IMG/VR virus record: IMGVR_UViG_3300004481_000332
Span: 1 to 48,320 of that record
Reading direction: 5' to 3' (one strand)
DNA length: 48,320 nucleotides
DNA from: a virus
Shown here: piece after piece, positions 21,722 through 31,870 of the stretch
How the letters are laid out: each line of letters begins with the position of its first letter
Position numbering within the stretch: the first letter of the stretch is position 1
Translations under genes and position numbers: made by a program
The notes under the pieces: model-generated
What the model saw: only the letters and a program-made list of their open reading frames with translations
Databases searched by the model: none
What the model was told of the DNA's origin: nothing

Positions 21722-21820
21722 TTATTTATTCTTTCCAGACTTAACAATATAATATGCAATTGATGCATATATAAAGAAAACGACAATAACTAAAATTCCC
21801 AAAAGTATAAATTCTTTCAT
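21722..21820 (-). CDS. 32-aa single-pass membrane peptide
   Basis: Hand translation: MKEFILLGILVIVVFFIYASIAYYIVKSGKNK. ATGA overlap with the 1298-aa gene. Confidence 0.4.
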   Translation of the reverse strand: MKEFILLGILVIVVFFIYASIAYYIVKSGKNK

Positions 21821-24800
21821 AATGGTAATCCAGTTGTTTGATTAATTCTTTTAGTTTTCGTGCTACTACTCTTTGAAGGAAGACCAGTTGGACCGACCTT
21901 TGTTTCTTTTGTTTTAGATTTAGAACCCTTTCCAAACCACCAGTAATATAACTTTCCGACAAGTGGAATACTTTGAAACGTTTTCAGATCGGTGATCTTA
22001 AACGATTCATCTGTATTTGTTACAACTTTATTTACATCGGTCCAGATATTGTCTATAAAAGCGGTAGGTGGAAGTATTCCTTCAAGAACAGCACGTCCGA
22101 TTCCTTCTTCTTGTGCTTTTCTTAATTTATATCTATTGAATGTGACTAATTTTAAAACACTATCAATCACTCGATCTTTAAAATTTGTCTTTCTACCCAA
22201 GATTAAATCTTTTAATTCGTCTGCTGCGATATTCGAAGCAGCCATTGCAAAGCTTAACTTAATAAGATTCTCGATTCCTCGACCAAGTGTCTTTCTTGAT
22301 TTCATCAATTGAAATGCTTCATTTCTATAAACATCAATTGCTTTCAATGTCCAAGTCTTTAACATATAAAAGATCCTTCCGTTTCCACCTTTGAGATATT
22401 GTTCTGGAACTTCAGACAATGCAACTGGTTGAAAATCAAGAAGTTTATTGAAGCCAAGATATTTGATGTTCTCTGTCATTGCACCAGTCTTGAGATCAGT
22501 AATTATCTGTGCAGAGTCTTTACCGAAGACATCTCCAATCTCTTTCATAAACTTTGCATTCGGATTCTTTGCTTGACTTCTAAGTCTTGCGATAACAGAA
22601 TTCACAAGAGTCTCTTTACCAATGCGATCTAATTTGTCTAATCCGATCATTTTAAAAACAGTGTCAACAGCTTTTGCAGACTTCTGTGGATTGACAAATT
22701 CTTCTGCAATCGATTGAATACCAAGATCTTCTTTTTTAAGAATGGATGTTTTGAAAATTGATCTTGGTATTTCTTTGATCGTTCTCCAGATGCCTCCCTT
22801 ATAGAACGAGAATCCAAGATCACCGATCTGTGTGAGAGCATTGATTGGACTACCCATGACGTCAAGATAAGACAAGTTCTTATATAATCCAATAATACCA
22901 GATGTCCCTTTCGGTGCAAATCTTGCACGTAAAATGTTCGTCAATTCTTTCTCTTGTACAACGGTTATCTTTCCACTAGTAAGAAGATCAGTGACATAAG
23001 CACCGATACTATCTTGTAGATTCAAGATTCCTTCTGCGTCAGACTTAACAAACTTTCCGAAGAATTTTCTAGCTTCGATTGCTTCGTTGATCTGGTGAAC
23101 ATATTTAACAAGTGCTTCTCCGGAGTCAGCATAGAATCGATTTAGTTCAGGATCTATGAAATCAATAACTCTGTGCTTCATTGCTCCAACACCAGAGAGA
23201 GTGATCTTCCCACCACCATATCCACGTATTAAATTGTTAATCAGATATGACTTTTCATCTGTTGTCAAATAACGTCCAAGATTCATTTCTTTCTGTTGTA
23301 TTGCTTCAGAGAATCTCGACCAGTCGTCTCTCTTCATAAAGTGTGCAAGAAATCCTTCAGTGTCTTTCACGACTCTTGGGAAATAACCTTTTTGATATCC
23401 GATATCATATCCAACTGCTCTTGCTCTTGTATAAACATCGTCTAATGTTTTTCTAATTGTATTATATTCTTGTTCAAAGTTATACTTCTTTGCAAGACTT
23501 CTAATCTTAAGTATATCTCCGTTTTTTGCTGCAAGATCAAAATCTGTATAGTCGTCAAAAGACATTCCTGTTTTCTTTCTAAGAAATGCTTTCTTCGGAA
23601 CGACTTTCTTTAAAAAAGAATCTACGTCTTTCAGATCCTTCTGACCAGATTGTCTTAGATCCCATTCGAATCTTCTAATCCTTTGTTTTAACGAGATGTC
23701 AATGTTCTTAAGTCTTGTAGAGATCGGAGCAAATAACTGATCTATTCCTTTTCCCGTTTCTTTTGCAGTGTCTTTAACTCGTTGCATTCTTGTAATCTTA
23801 ATCTCCTTGACCTCTCGATTTGCAGTATAAACCGCTTCGTCAATTTGTTTTATTTGATCAGTCTTAGCAACAACCGTCGGTCTAAATCCACGTTCGAGTT
23901 TGAATGTATATCTCTTTTTGATTCCAGAAAGAACTGTTTGAAGTTCTTCATAATTAAGATCTCTGAGTGGTTTGGTTATTCCTGCTTCTGCTTTAACATC
24001 ATTAATAACTGTTTGTTTAAATTCACCGAGATGTTTAATGAACGAGATTGCTGATCTCTGTTCTCCTTTTGGACGATTCAATTCTCTTGTGACTGCAATT
24101 TCTAAGTTCTCAATGAATTTCTTTTTCTCATTATATCCACGTATTGCTGCTTTCGCTGTTGCTGCTTCTGCACGAACTCTTGATTTAAGTAATGTTGATT
24201 CAACCCCAGAGACAATGTTCTTGGTCTGTCTTAATTCTGGTGGAAGAAACTTTGATGTTGCAGTTGTCAATGCTGAAGTCTTTTCAATCTTCTCAACCTG
24301 AGCAAGTTGTTTTATCGTTGTCTGAATTCTTGTTGTTGTTGCTTCATCTGCGGTCTTAAGCATATCGTCGAGTACAGTTTTGATTTGAGCAATAACTCTT
24401 GGTCTTGGAATCTTTCCCGATTCTAATAATGAAACAACGCTTTTACCAACTGTATTAGAAAGATTTTCTTTTAATTCTTCAACGAGTTTGATCGGTGTGA
24501 GTTCCTTTGCAAGTTTTGGAATAACCTTCTCAGATTCTTTTGCAGTTGATTTTGCTACTTGTTCTGTCAATTCTGTCACAACCTTCTTTGTCGTTGATTG
24601 AAGTTTCTCGATCTTCTCTAGTGCAAGACCAATTTCTTTCTTGTCTGTCATCGAAACAAACTTCTTTGCAGCACCTTCTGCAATATCGTCTGCAACTCCA
24701 ATTTCTTTTAAGACCCTTAGTATTTTAAATTCATCATCGAGTTTTGATATTGTTTGAATGACTGCTTTCTTTCCACCTCCTCCATAGAAGTCTAATGCGG

Positions 24801-25713
24801 TTAATGCAAAGACACCAATGAACGAAACAGGAAGTGCTGTCTTTTCAAGACCGATCTTCTCTAGTACAGGTTTGATTTTTAGTTCCCAGTCTGCCATTCT
24901 GTCTTCCATTGTTTTTATCGGTTCAGGTCCAAAGATTGCATTTTGAATAGTCTGTTGCCATTTCGGATCTGTGTCTTCAATCTTCAACTCGTCTGGTGGT
25001 TCAACTCCCAATGCTTTTAAGACAGGTTTCATTAATGTTAATCCAACACTACCGCCAGATCTAGCAATTCCTTGAATGATGTCTTTTGCCGTATTGACAG
25101 TTGCCATTGGTGCTTCTTTTGCAACATCCCAGATCGATGGTGTTATATCTGATGCTTCATATTGTATCGGCAATCCAGTTGTTTCATTTGTCTTTGCTTG
25201 TGCAGTCTCTGTGACTTTAAATCTTTTCTTGAATCCAGTTGGCCCGAAAACATATGCTTTATAGATGTCATCCGGATTGTCTGATTTAATTTGCGTCGAC
25301 AGCCACTTTGAATACCAAGCCATTCCGTCAATTGCAGATTCTATATTATTCGGATCAAACTTTGGATTGTAATTCTTTCTGACTTCTCCCGTTGTCGTCG
25401 GCATGAACTGTGCAATGCCAATGGCTCCGACGTTTGATTTAGCACCAGGATTAAAAGTAGACTCTCTGTTTAGAAATTCATATAAGAGATCTGTTGTGAC
25501 ACCGTGTTTCTTCGCAGACGTCGAAACAGCAGCAATGACTCTGGTCGGATCATAATTATATCTCTTTGCTTGTGTAAACAAGAGATTTGAAAACTTTGCA
25601 GGAACAGACGGTGCTAAGACAGACTCTGTTGTATCAAAGAGTTGCTTTGGCTTTTCTTTCTCGATCGTAATTGTACGACCGGTCTTTTCAAATAGTTTTG
25701 TAAATATAGACAT
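21817..25713 (-). CDS. Internal virion protein with N-terminal lytic transglycosylase domain (T7 gp16-like)
   Basis: 1298 aa. SLT motif FLNRESTFNPGAKSNVGAIGIAQFMPTT near the N-terminus. The size and domain order match T7 gp16. Confidence 0.7.
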   Translation of the reverse strand: MSIFTKLFEKTGRTITIEKEKPKQLFDTTESVLAPSVPAKFSNLLFTQAKRYNYDPTRVIAAVSTSAKKHGVTTDLLYEFLNRESTFNPGAKSNVGAIGIAQFMPTTTGEVRKNYNPKFDPNNIESAIDGMAWYSKWLSTQIKSDNPDDIYKAYVFGPTGFKKRFKVTETAQAKTNETTGLPIQYEASDITPSIWDVAKEAPMATVNTAKDIIQGIARSGGSVGLTLMKPVLKALGVEPPDELKIEDTDPKWQQTIQNAIFGPEPIKTMEDRMADWELKIKPVLEKIGLEKTALPVSFIGVFALTALDFYGGGGKKAVIQTISKLDDEFKILRVLKEIGVADDIAEGAAKKFVSMTDKKEIGLALEKIEKLQSTTKKVVTELTEQVAKSTAKESEKVIPKLAKELTPIKLVEELKENLSNTVGKSVVSLLESGKIPRPRVIAQIKTVLDDMLKTADEATTTRIQTTIKQLAQVEKIEKTSALTTATSKFLPPELRQTKNIVSGVESTLLKSRVRAEAATAKAAIRGYNEKKKFIENLEIAVTRELNRPKGEQRSAISFIKHLGEFKQTVINDVKAEAGITKPLRDLNYEELQTVLSGIKKRYTFKLERGFRPTVVAKTDQIKQIDEAVYTANREVKEIKITRMQRVKDTAKETGKGIDQLFAPISTRLKNIDISLKQRIRRFEWDLRQSGQKDLKDVDSFLKKVVPKKAFLRKKTGMSFDDYTDFDLAAKNGDILKIRSLAKKYNFEQEYNTIRKTLDDVYTRARAVGYDIGYQKGYFPRVVKDTEGFLAHFMKRDDWSRFSEAIQQKEMNLGRYLTTDEKSYLINNLIRGYGGGKITLSGVGAMKHRVIDFIDPELNRFYADSGEALVKYVHQINEAIEARKFFGKFVKSDAEGILNLQDSIGAYVTDLLTSGKITVVQEKELTNILRARFAPKGTSGIIGLYKNLSYLDVMGSPINALTQIGDLGFSFYKGGIWRTIKEIPRSIFKTSILKKEDLGIQSIAEEFVNPQKSAKAVDTVFKMIGLDKLDRIGKETLVNSVIARLRSQAKNPNAKFMKEIGDVFGKDSAQIITDLKTGAMTENIKYLGFNKLLDFQPVALSEVPEQYLKGGNGRIFYMLKTWTLKAIDVYRNEAFQLMKSRKTLGRGIENLIKLSFAMAASNIAADELKDLILGRKTNFKDRVIDSVLKLVTFNRYKLRKAQEEGIGRAVLEGILPPTAFIDNIWTDVNKVVTNTDESFKITDLKTFQSIPLVGKLYYWWFGKGSKSKTKETKVGPTGLPSKSSSTKTKRINQTTGLPL

Positions 25714-25714
25714 A

Positions 25715-27550
25715 TTATCTTAATCCAAGAAACTTCTTAATATCGTCGTCGTTGTTTCCCTGTGTTCTCATTGTCGAAATTGTGTTCATCATATAAGTAA
25801 GATAGTCTGCAACACCTTGTTCACCAACTCCAAAGCCAAGAAATCCGCCAGACGTGAATCCTTTTGCTTTTGCAGCCGCTTTGAGTTCGTCTGTTGTATA
25901 TGCATTTTTAAAGTAATCTTCATTTAGATATTCTTTCTTTCCGAAAATTGTCTTGATGACTCCGGCTTGTGCATCACTATATTGTCCAGATTTCAATGCA
26001 GCATCTAATCCACTTGAATTGACTTGAGACTTTAATGTATTGATCTGATCAGCAGATAATCCGACTCCTGTCAATTTTTGAAATTCGTCAGATGTAAATT
26101 GAACAAGTGTTATACCTCCACCGCTTGCTGCTTTTGCTGGTAATCCGGTACTGAATGTTTCTGATGAACCATCTTTATAAAAGATCGAAACCGTTGTTTG
26201 ATCATCTGAGATAACATGAAAAGACATCTCTTTTGTTTTATCAACAGCTGAGAAGATTGCAGGAACCAATCCTGTTGGAATTCCTGCTTTGACTGATAGT
26301 GTATTCATCAAAGATTTTGTTGTCTCGTCAATCGAAGACCAATCAGATCCTTGATATGCAGTCATTAAAATGTTCAAGTTGGCTCTTGCATCGTCTTGAA
26401 CTTGGTTTGCCATCTGGGCTTCTTGATCTTCTCTTCCATATATAATGTTTAAAAGATTGATTTGTTTTGTAAATTCAGCATTGTATGCAGCAGAAGCATT
26501 TGAGTAGTCCTGTTGCTTGAGGGTCATTAGTGTCGAGATCATAGAACCCTTTGTATTTAGTTCATCGACTAACAACGCTTCACTTCTTTGAAGTCCGCTT
26601 AATGTGACAGCGGCTTGTTTCTTTATTTCATCTTGTCGTCCTGTAATAACTTCCATTGGTGCAAGTCTTCCTTCTTCATCATATAATCCAGCAGTCATAG
26701 AATCTTCAACAGCTCGTATCTGTGCTTTGATGTCTGTCAGTCTTTGCTCAAGTGCTGGTATTCCGTACTCACTTCTCAGTGCTTGAAAATCGTTTGCCAA
26801 TGTTGGAACAACAGGTGCTTTACCAATTCCAAGATCTGTTTCTAAAGATTTGATTTGTTGTTGCAATGTCAACGACGTTGCCTTCTCTGTTAACAATTCA
26901 ATGTCTGATTTTGTTTTTGGTTCTGTGACTCCATCTGATGTTCCTACAACAGATGCTGATTTCGGAGCCCAGATTCCTTCTGGAGTATAAACTTCTTCTA
27001 AACCAGTTGTTGGATTTATTCTTATATCACCTTCTTGGACAGTCTCTGATGCTCCGGGAAGATTTCCACCTGTGGCAGGAGCAGAACTGGTAATTTCAAC
27101 CATAGACCAAAAATTAGGTATCTGTGCGGCTTGTTCTGCTGTAATATGATTTCCCTGCCTATCATAAACATCATTCGTAAGTGGATTGCGGATGTAGGGT
27201 TTCTGACCAGTTGGTGTTGTGGTTGGAGTAGATAAAGAAGTTGGTGTTGAAACTTGAGCAGGAGTTGAAATTGGAGCAGAAACAGCATATCCTGGTATTC
27301 CAAGAGCCGCTGCTTGTTGGGGGGTAATTTCTCCGACAATTCCAGTTTGATTTGCACCACCAAACAATAATGCATATTTCTCTGCTGAAAGATGTTCGGG
27401 GGTCCCTGCCCCCAACCCATAAACCTCTGGAGTTCCAGCAACTCTCACAGCTCCATAATATCCCTGTGATTGAATTTCGGGTGTAAAAGTCGGGGACGGC
27501 TTCCATTCTGTTCCGAAGACCTTTTGTATTTTTGAATAATCGTATGACAT
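25715..27550 (-). CDS. Virion protein (internal/ejection protein candidate) with a Pro/Thr-rich linker
   Basis: 611 aa, directly upstream of the gp16-like gene. Contains PISTPAQVSTPTSLSTPTTTPTGQ. Confidence 0.45.
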   Translation of the reverse strand: MSYDYSKIQKVFGTEWKPSPTFTPEIQSQGYYGAVRVAGTPEVYGLGAGTPEHLSAEKYALLFGGANQTGIVGEITPQQAAALGIPGYAVSAPISTPAQVSTPTSLSTPTTTPTGQKPYIRNPLTNDVYDRQGNHITAEQAAQIPNFWSMVEITSSAPATGGNLPGASETVQEGDIRINPTTGLEEVYTPEGIWAPKSASVVGTSDGVTEPKTKSDIELLTEKATSLTLQQQIKSLETDLGIGKAPVVPTLANDFQALRSEYGIPALEQRLTDIKAQIRAVEDSMTAGLYDEEGRLAPMEVITGRQDEIKKQAAVTLSGLQRSEALLVDELNTKGSMISTLMTLKQQDYSNASAAYNAEFTKQINLLNIIYGREDQEAQMANQVQDDARANLNILMTAYQGSDWSSIDETTKSLMNTLSVKAGIPTGLVPAIFSAVDKTKEMSFHVISDDQTTVSIFYKDGSSETFSTGLPAKAASGGGITLVQFTSDEFQKLTGVGLSADQINTLKSQVNSSGLDAALKSGQYSDAQAGVIKTIFGKKEYLNEDYFKNAYTTDELKAAAKAKGFTSGGFLGFGVGEQGVADYLTYMMNTISTMRTQGNNDDDIKKFLGLR

Positions 27551-27567
27551 GTAATTTTAATTAATGT

Positions 27568-27858
27568 TTAGAGCACTAAAGATTCGAGGTATGCGATAAC
27601 ATGTTCCGTCATATCATCAACGACTCTGCCAAGCCGAGTAATCTCTCCGGGCTTTAGTTCGCTTTGCTGAAAGGTTATCCTCTTGCTGACGATAAGCTCT
27701 TCTACCGCTGTCGGGATTAGATTATAAACAACCTGGACAACAAACTCACCAAGCTCGTTCTTCGACAAGACAATCTCAGTTATTGCTATGTCATTAAAAA
27801 CAATCGGAGGAACCGCTTGTCCAAACTTCTGTTCTTCTATTTTTTTCTTTTTTGGCAT
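27568..27858 (-). CDS. Hypothetical virion-module protein (96 aa)
   Basis: ORF-track entry within the late operon. Confidence 0.5.
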   Translation of the reverse strand: MPKKKKIEEQKFGQAVPPIVFNDIAITEIVLSKNELGEFVVQVVYNLIPTAVEELIVSKRITFQQSELKPGEITRLGRVVDDMTEHVIAYLESLVL

Positions 27859-27879
27859 GTTAATTTAATACTTCTTTAA

Positions 27880-30642
27880 TTATGCATACGCCTCCCAAAT
27901 GATTCGAGCTGTTTCAGCTGGAGTCCCATCTTTTGTCCATGTGAGTATAATATTTGTAGCGTCCCAAGTAATAATCGCCCTTTGATAATCATCTGATCCT
28001 GTATCATTCTGTTGTAAATAAATTCCATATGTATCCGATGTCCCTGTTATGACGTCAGCGCTACCAGTTTCTCCCGAATAGGCGCAAGCATTCACAGTCC
28101 CATTATAAGAACCTATACATACCATAAACCTTGCTGCTGTTCTACCGAGACATGTGACAGATAACTTGACAAACTTAGGAACGATTCCGAGTCCATGAGC
28201 TATATTCTGTGTTCCCGCCGCAGCAGTCATGTCTCTTGTGGCTGTGCCTGTTTTAAATATGGTAGCTGCCGACGATCGTACAACATCGTCACTTGCATTA
28301 ATAAATTCTTTGGTTGAAATGTCCCAATATAGTCTGAAGTTTTGACATTTCCCATCATACATACTATCAATGCTTTTCATATATACCTGAACCAAATCTC
28401 CATCTGTTACGTCAATATATGCATCTGTAAAAACTTCATATCCATCAGAATCGGTGTTATTGGTTTGATGCTCTTCTCCGGCGGCAACTCCATTTACATA
28501 AATCTTTCCAGCAATAAGCGATGTAGGTTGTAAATCTCCAGTCTTCTTTATCTCAAACATTGTCTTTATCGCCCCAGTAACAGTTGAAGTAAGTTCTTTG
28601 ACTTTTATATAAGCACCCCCTCCTGCACCACTACTCGCCTCCGCATCACTACTTAATTGTAAAGTGGCAGACGGATATGACATTTCTGAAGTAAAACCAG
28701 ACAAATCATCATACCAAGCAATGCTTTTCCATGCGGTTCCGTTATGTCCGGTGAACTTAGCATCTGTTGAGTTATATGCAAGAGAACCCGTGCTGAAAGG
28801 AGACAGGGGGTCAACATAATGAACTTTGACCTGTAAATTGTCTAAACTAAATGTTGTACCACCCGTACCATCGCTATTTAATAAAAGTTTAACTCCAAAG
28901 TTTGTATTCGAAAATTCTTGATAAACCCATCCACCTGCTTTATCCCAATCGTCTGACGAACTTCCAAGTGTTTGCACACTATCGGTTGTATTGGCGGGGG
29001 TTAATGTTTTATATGCAGTCCAAGTGGGTGGGGCATCGCCAACATTCCAACTAAGATAAACACGTACTTCTTGGTCTGCGACATCTCCATGACTTTCAAT
29101 ATTAACTTCTATCCCACTGATTGTTGCGTTTACTGGGATAGAAAGACCAAAGGTTGTATAAATCTGCGTATTATCCTCGACAGCAGTAGCCCAATCATCA
29201 TTGCTCGTATACGCCTTTATGGCATTGGTGAATGTTCCTGCACCAACACCAGTAGGAGATAAAAACCCAGAATACCCAGCAGGCAATGCTGCTGTCGTAT
29301 AGGATTTAAGTTGTAGTGTGCCAATTAAATTTAGTGTCCCTTTTATCGCGATATTTGATCCATCAGCATGAATATAATTATCTCCATTGTCTATAGAGAA
29401 CTTATACGCACTCGTGCTATATCCCAAGAAAAATCCAGTCCCCGTAGCATATGCTGTCTGTCCTCCCTTAATGTAGCCAGCAGTACTAAGAGTAATGGTC
29501 CCTGCCGTAATTGACCCCATATCTGCAACGATTGAAGAAAGGCTTGTAATGCTCATTTTTGCGGCAGTAATCGTTGTAGCAGCTATTTCATTCGCAGTAA
29601 TGCTTCCGGCAACTATGTTCGCTGCGTCAATATTCAAACCTCCCTGCCCTTGCATTGTTTGATAGGTAGCTTCTGCTGTTGCGTTCTGAGCTATCGCTAT
29701 TAAAACCTTCCCAACTCCGACGGCCGTTGTTGCTGTTGTTGTGACTTGATAGGCCGTCTCAGAAACCGCTATGTCCAAATAAATATATGTCTTTGCAACC
29801 ATATTCCCGGTACTCCCGGCATCTATAGAATAAGCAGTCCCGTCTGCTGATGTAAAAGTGCCAGCTCCCCAGGCGATTGTATCTGCGTCTGTAACTGAGA
29901 AGGCACAAGTCTGAGACCAACCCCGGTCTGCTATATTCAAATTTGCTTGCGGTATTACGCCATCGAGATATGCTGTTGAAACAGAAGATCCTGTTCCTGC
30001 AACGATCTTTCCCTTAACTGTTAAAGTTCCTGCTGTAGTAATGTTCCAGTCAATCGAAGAGTTTGCATCTCCCTTAAAATAAAAGTTTCCTGAGTTGTCA
30101 ATGTATGCAGTCCAAGCAGCTCCAGAATAAAAACCCATATACGTCGCTGAAAGATATAAACCTGCTGCTCCGACTGTTCCAAGAGTTGCTGGTATGTTTG
30201 CAAGGTTCGTTGTCCAGTCTGCACCGACTGTTGCGTTATCTGCTGGTTTTCCTGTTCCAGAAACAGTTGACCACGGAACACTTCCCGAGACTATAGTAAT
30301 TGCACCTTTGACTGTAAATGTTCCTGCTGATTGATCCCAGAACAATCCTTGACTTCCTGCATAATCACCCATTGTAATATCCCCAGTGTTTGTTCCATCT
30401 ATTTCAACTTTAAAGATCGAAGTTCCTGCTGAATTGTAAACGATCAAAGCGATTGTTGGATCCCATTGCGGAAAGATCTCCATCCTTGCTCCACCGTCTG
30501 ATGTCTTATATGACGATCCAATCAAAAGACCTCCAACTGTCGATGGGTTTTGTCCTTCAAGACCGAAACTGTTTTGTGATTGTCCAAGAAGAGAAGACAT
30601 TGTTCTCTCCTGAACAACTAAATCTGTAAATAATTCTGTCAT
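27880..30642 (-). CDS. Tail fibre / host-specificity protein
   Basis: 920 aa, Gly/Thr/Ala-rich. ANIVAGSITANEIAATTITAAKMSITSLSSIVADMGSITAGTITL is typical of fibre proteins. Confidence 0.55.
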   Translation of the reverse strand: MTELFTDLVVQERTMSSLLGQSQNSFGLEGQNPSTVGGLLIGSSYKTSDGGARMEIFPQWDPTIALIVYNSAGTSIFKVEIDGTNTGDITMGDYAGSQGLFWDQSAGTFTVKGAITIVSGSVPWSTVSGTGKPADNATVGADWTTNLANIPATLGTVGAAGLYLSATYMGFYSGAAWTAYIDNSGNFYFKGDANSSIDWNITTAGTLTVKGKIVAGTGSSVSTAYLDGVIPQANLNIADRGWSQTCAFSVTDADTIAWGAGTFTSADGTAYSIDAGSTGNMVAKTYIYLDIAVSETAYQVTTTATTAVGVGKVLIAIAQNATAEATYQTMQGQGGLNIDAANIVAGSITANEIAATTITAAKMSITSLSSIVADMGSITAGTITLSTAGYIKGGQTAYATGTGFFLGYSTSAYKFSIDNGDNYIHADGSNIAIKGTLNLIGTLQLKSYTTAALPAGYSGFLSPTGVGAGTFTNAIKAYTSNDDWATAVEDNTQIYTTFGLSIPVNATISGIEVNIESHGDVADQEVRVYLSWNVGDAPPTWTAYKTLTPANTTDSVQTLGSSSDDWDKAGGWVYQEFSNTNFGVKLLLNSDGTGGTTFSLDNLQVKVHYVDPLSPFSTGSLAYNSTDAKFTGHNGTAWKSIAWYDDLSGFTSEMSYPSATLQLSSDAEASSGAGGGAYIKVKELTSTVTGAIKTMFEIKKTGDLQPTSLIAGKIYVNGVAAGEEHQTNNTDSDGYEVFTDAYIDVTDGDLVQVYMKSIDSMYDGKCQNFRLYWDISTKEFINASDDVVRSSAATIFKTGTATRDMTAAAGTQNIAHGLGIVPKFVKLSVTCLGRTAARFMVCIGSYNGTVNACAYSGETGSADVITGTSDTYGIYLQQNDTGSDDYQRAIITWDATNIILTWTKDGTPAETARIIWEAYA

Positions 30643-30650
30643 GATTCATG

Positions 30651-31859
30651 TTAAAAATCAAAATACGTTTGAGTAAGTGGAACTTCTTCACTTGGATTGT
30701 TTAAGATATAGATACGTTTTAATTCTTCATATTCTTTTTTATGTCGATCTGCTTGATTATAATTCTTAAGATGCTCTTCCATATACTCTGCGGTCTTTGC
30801 AATGATAAGATTGTATTCGTCCGTGTCTACATTCAATACATCTGTTGTTGCAGTTGCATCTTCGATCCAGACTCCTGCTGTACTCTGCCATAAGTATTTA
30901 GAATAGTAGATCACATTATAATGATCGCCGATCTTTAAAACAAGATTGTCAAATCTATAATCAGTTTCAGAAATCTTTGCTCCATCTTTTGTCATATATA
31001 AAGCAACATAATTACAAGCATCGTCATCGGGTGTTCCTGTTGTTGATTTGTTTACAAAAGAAAAACGAAGAAGATTCCAACCTGCATAAAAGCTTGCTCC
31101 TTCGTTATTCGTAGTTATCGTTATTGAATAATATGCAGAAGCTCCGCTTCCGATTCTTAGAATGAAGTTTGTGAGATTTGTAGCGGATGTAATATAGACC
31201 CAAACCAATGCAGATCCTGCACTTGTATACTTTGAAATGTCAAAGTCGTTTATATCACTGTTATAAATGCCAGCAGTCGTGCCTGCAGCAGCACTGATGT
31301 CCCAATTGATAGATCCACTACCCTTTACGTAGTTCTCTGCATCTGCGGTCAGATTTGTGCCATCTCCGTACAATGTCCACGTCCCTCCACCAGCCGTTAA
31401 CGAATCCATTGTACTTATTGTCAGTGACTGATCATCAATCGGTCTTGAGATATATAAAATTCTTGTGAGATCCTTATATCCAAAAGCAACAAGATTCTCT
31501 CCAAGCCATTGTGATGACTTGATCTCAACAGGATCTCCATACCTGTCAATTCTATGATCTTCCTTATATCTGTCAAACTCTTCTTGAGATGTCAATCTCC
31601 AAGAATCAAATCGTCCTCGGTTGATTTGTGGTTTCAGATCAATCAGTCTCTTTAAATCTGTCGGACAAGTATATGCATAGACGTCATTAAAAAGATTCGG
31701 AGATAGTGCAGACTCTCGTCTTGATGATCTTAAGTTTAAATCTGATAAGACCTTTCTCACAGCACGATTTGCAACTGTCAAAAAGTTAGCAGCAGAAAAA
31801 CTACCGCTTGCAATAGCTGTGACTTCTGTACTTAATTCCGAATGTAGAAATGATGGCAT
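30651..31859 (-). CDS. Virion structural protein (tail-associated, unassigned)
   Basis: 402-aa ORF in the late operon. Confidence 0.5.
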   Translation of the reverse strand: MPSFLHSELSTEVTAIASGSFSAANFLTVANRAVRKVLSDLNLRSSRRESALSPNLFNDVYAYTCPTDLKRLIDLKPQINRGRFDSWRLTSQEEFDRYKEDHRIDRYGDPVEIKSSQWLGENLVAFGYKDLTRILYISRPIDDQSLTISTMDSLTAGGGTWTLYGDGTNLTADAENYVKGSGSINWDISAAAGTTAGIYNSDINDFDISKYTSAGSALVWVYITSATNLTNFILRIGSGASAYYSITITTNNEGASFYAGWNLLRFSFVNKSTTGTPDDDACNYVALYMTKDGAKISETDYRFDNLVLKIGDHYNVIYYSKYLWQSTAGVWIEDATATTDVLNVDTDEYNLIIAKTAEYMEEHLKNYNQADRHKKEYEELKRIYILNNPSEEVPLTQTYFDF

Positions 31860-31870
31860 GTTTTTAAAAG

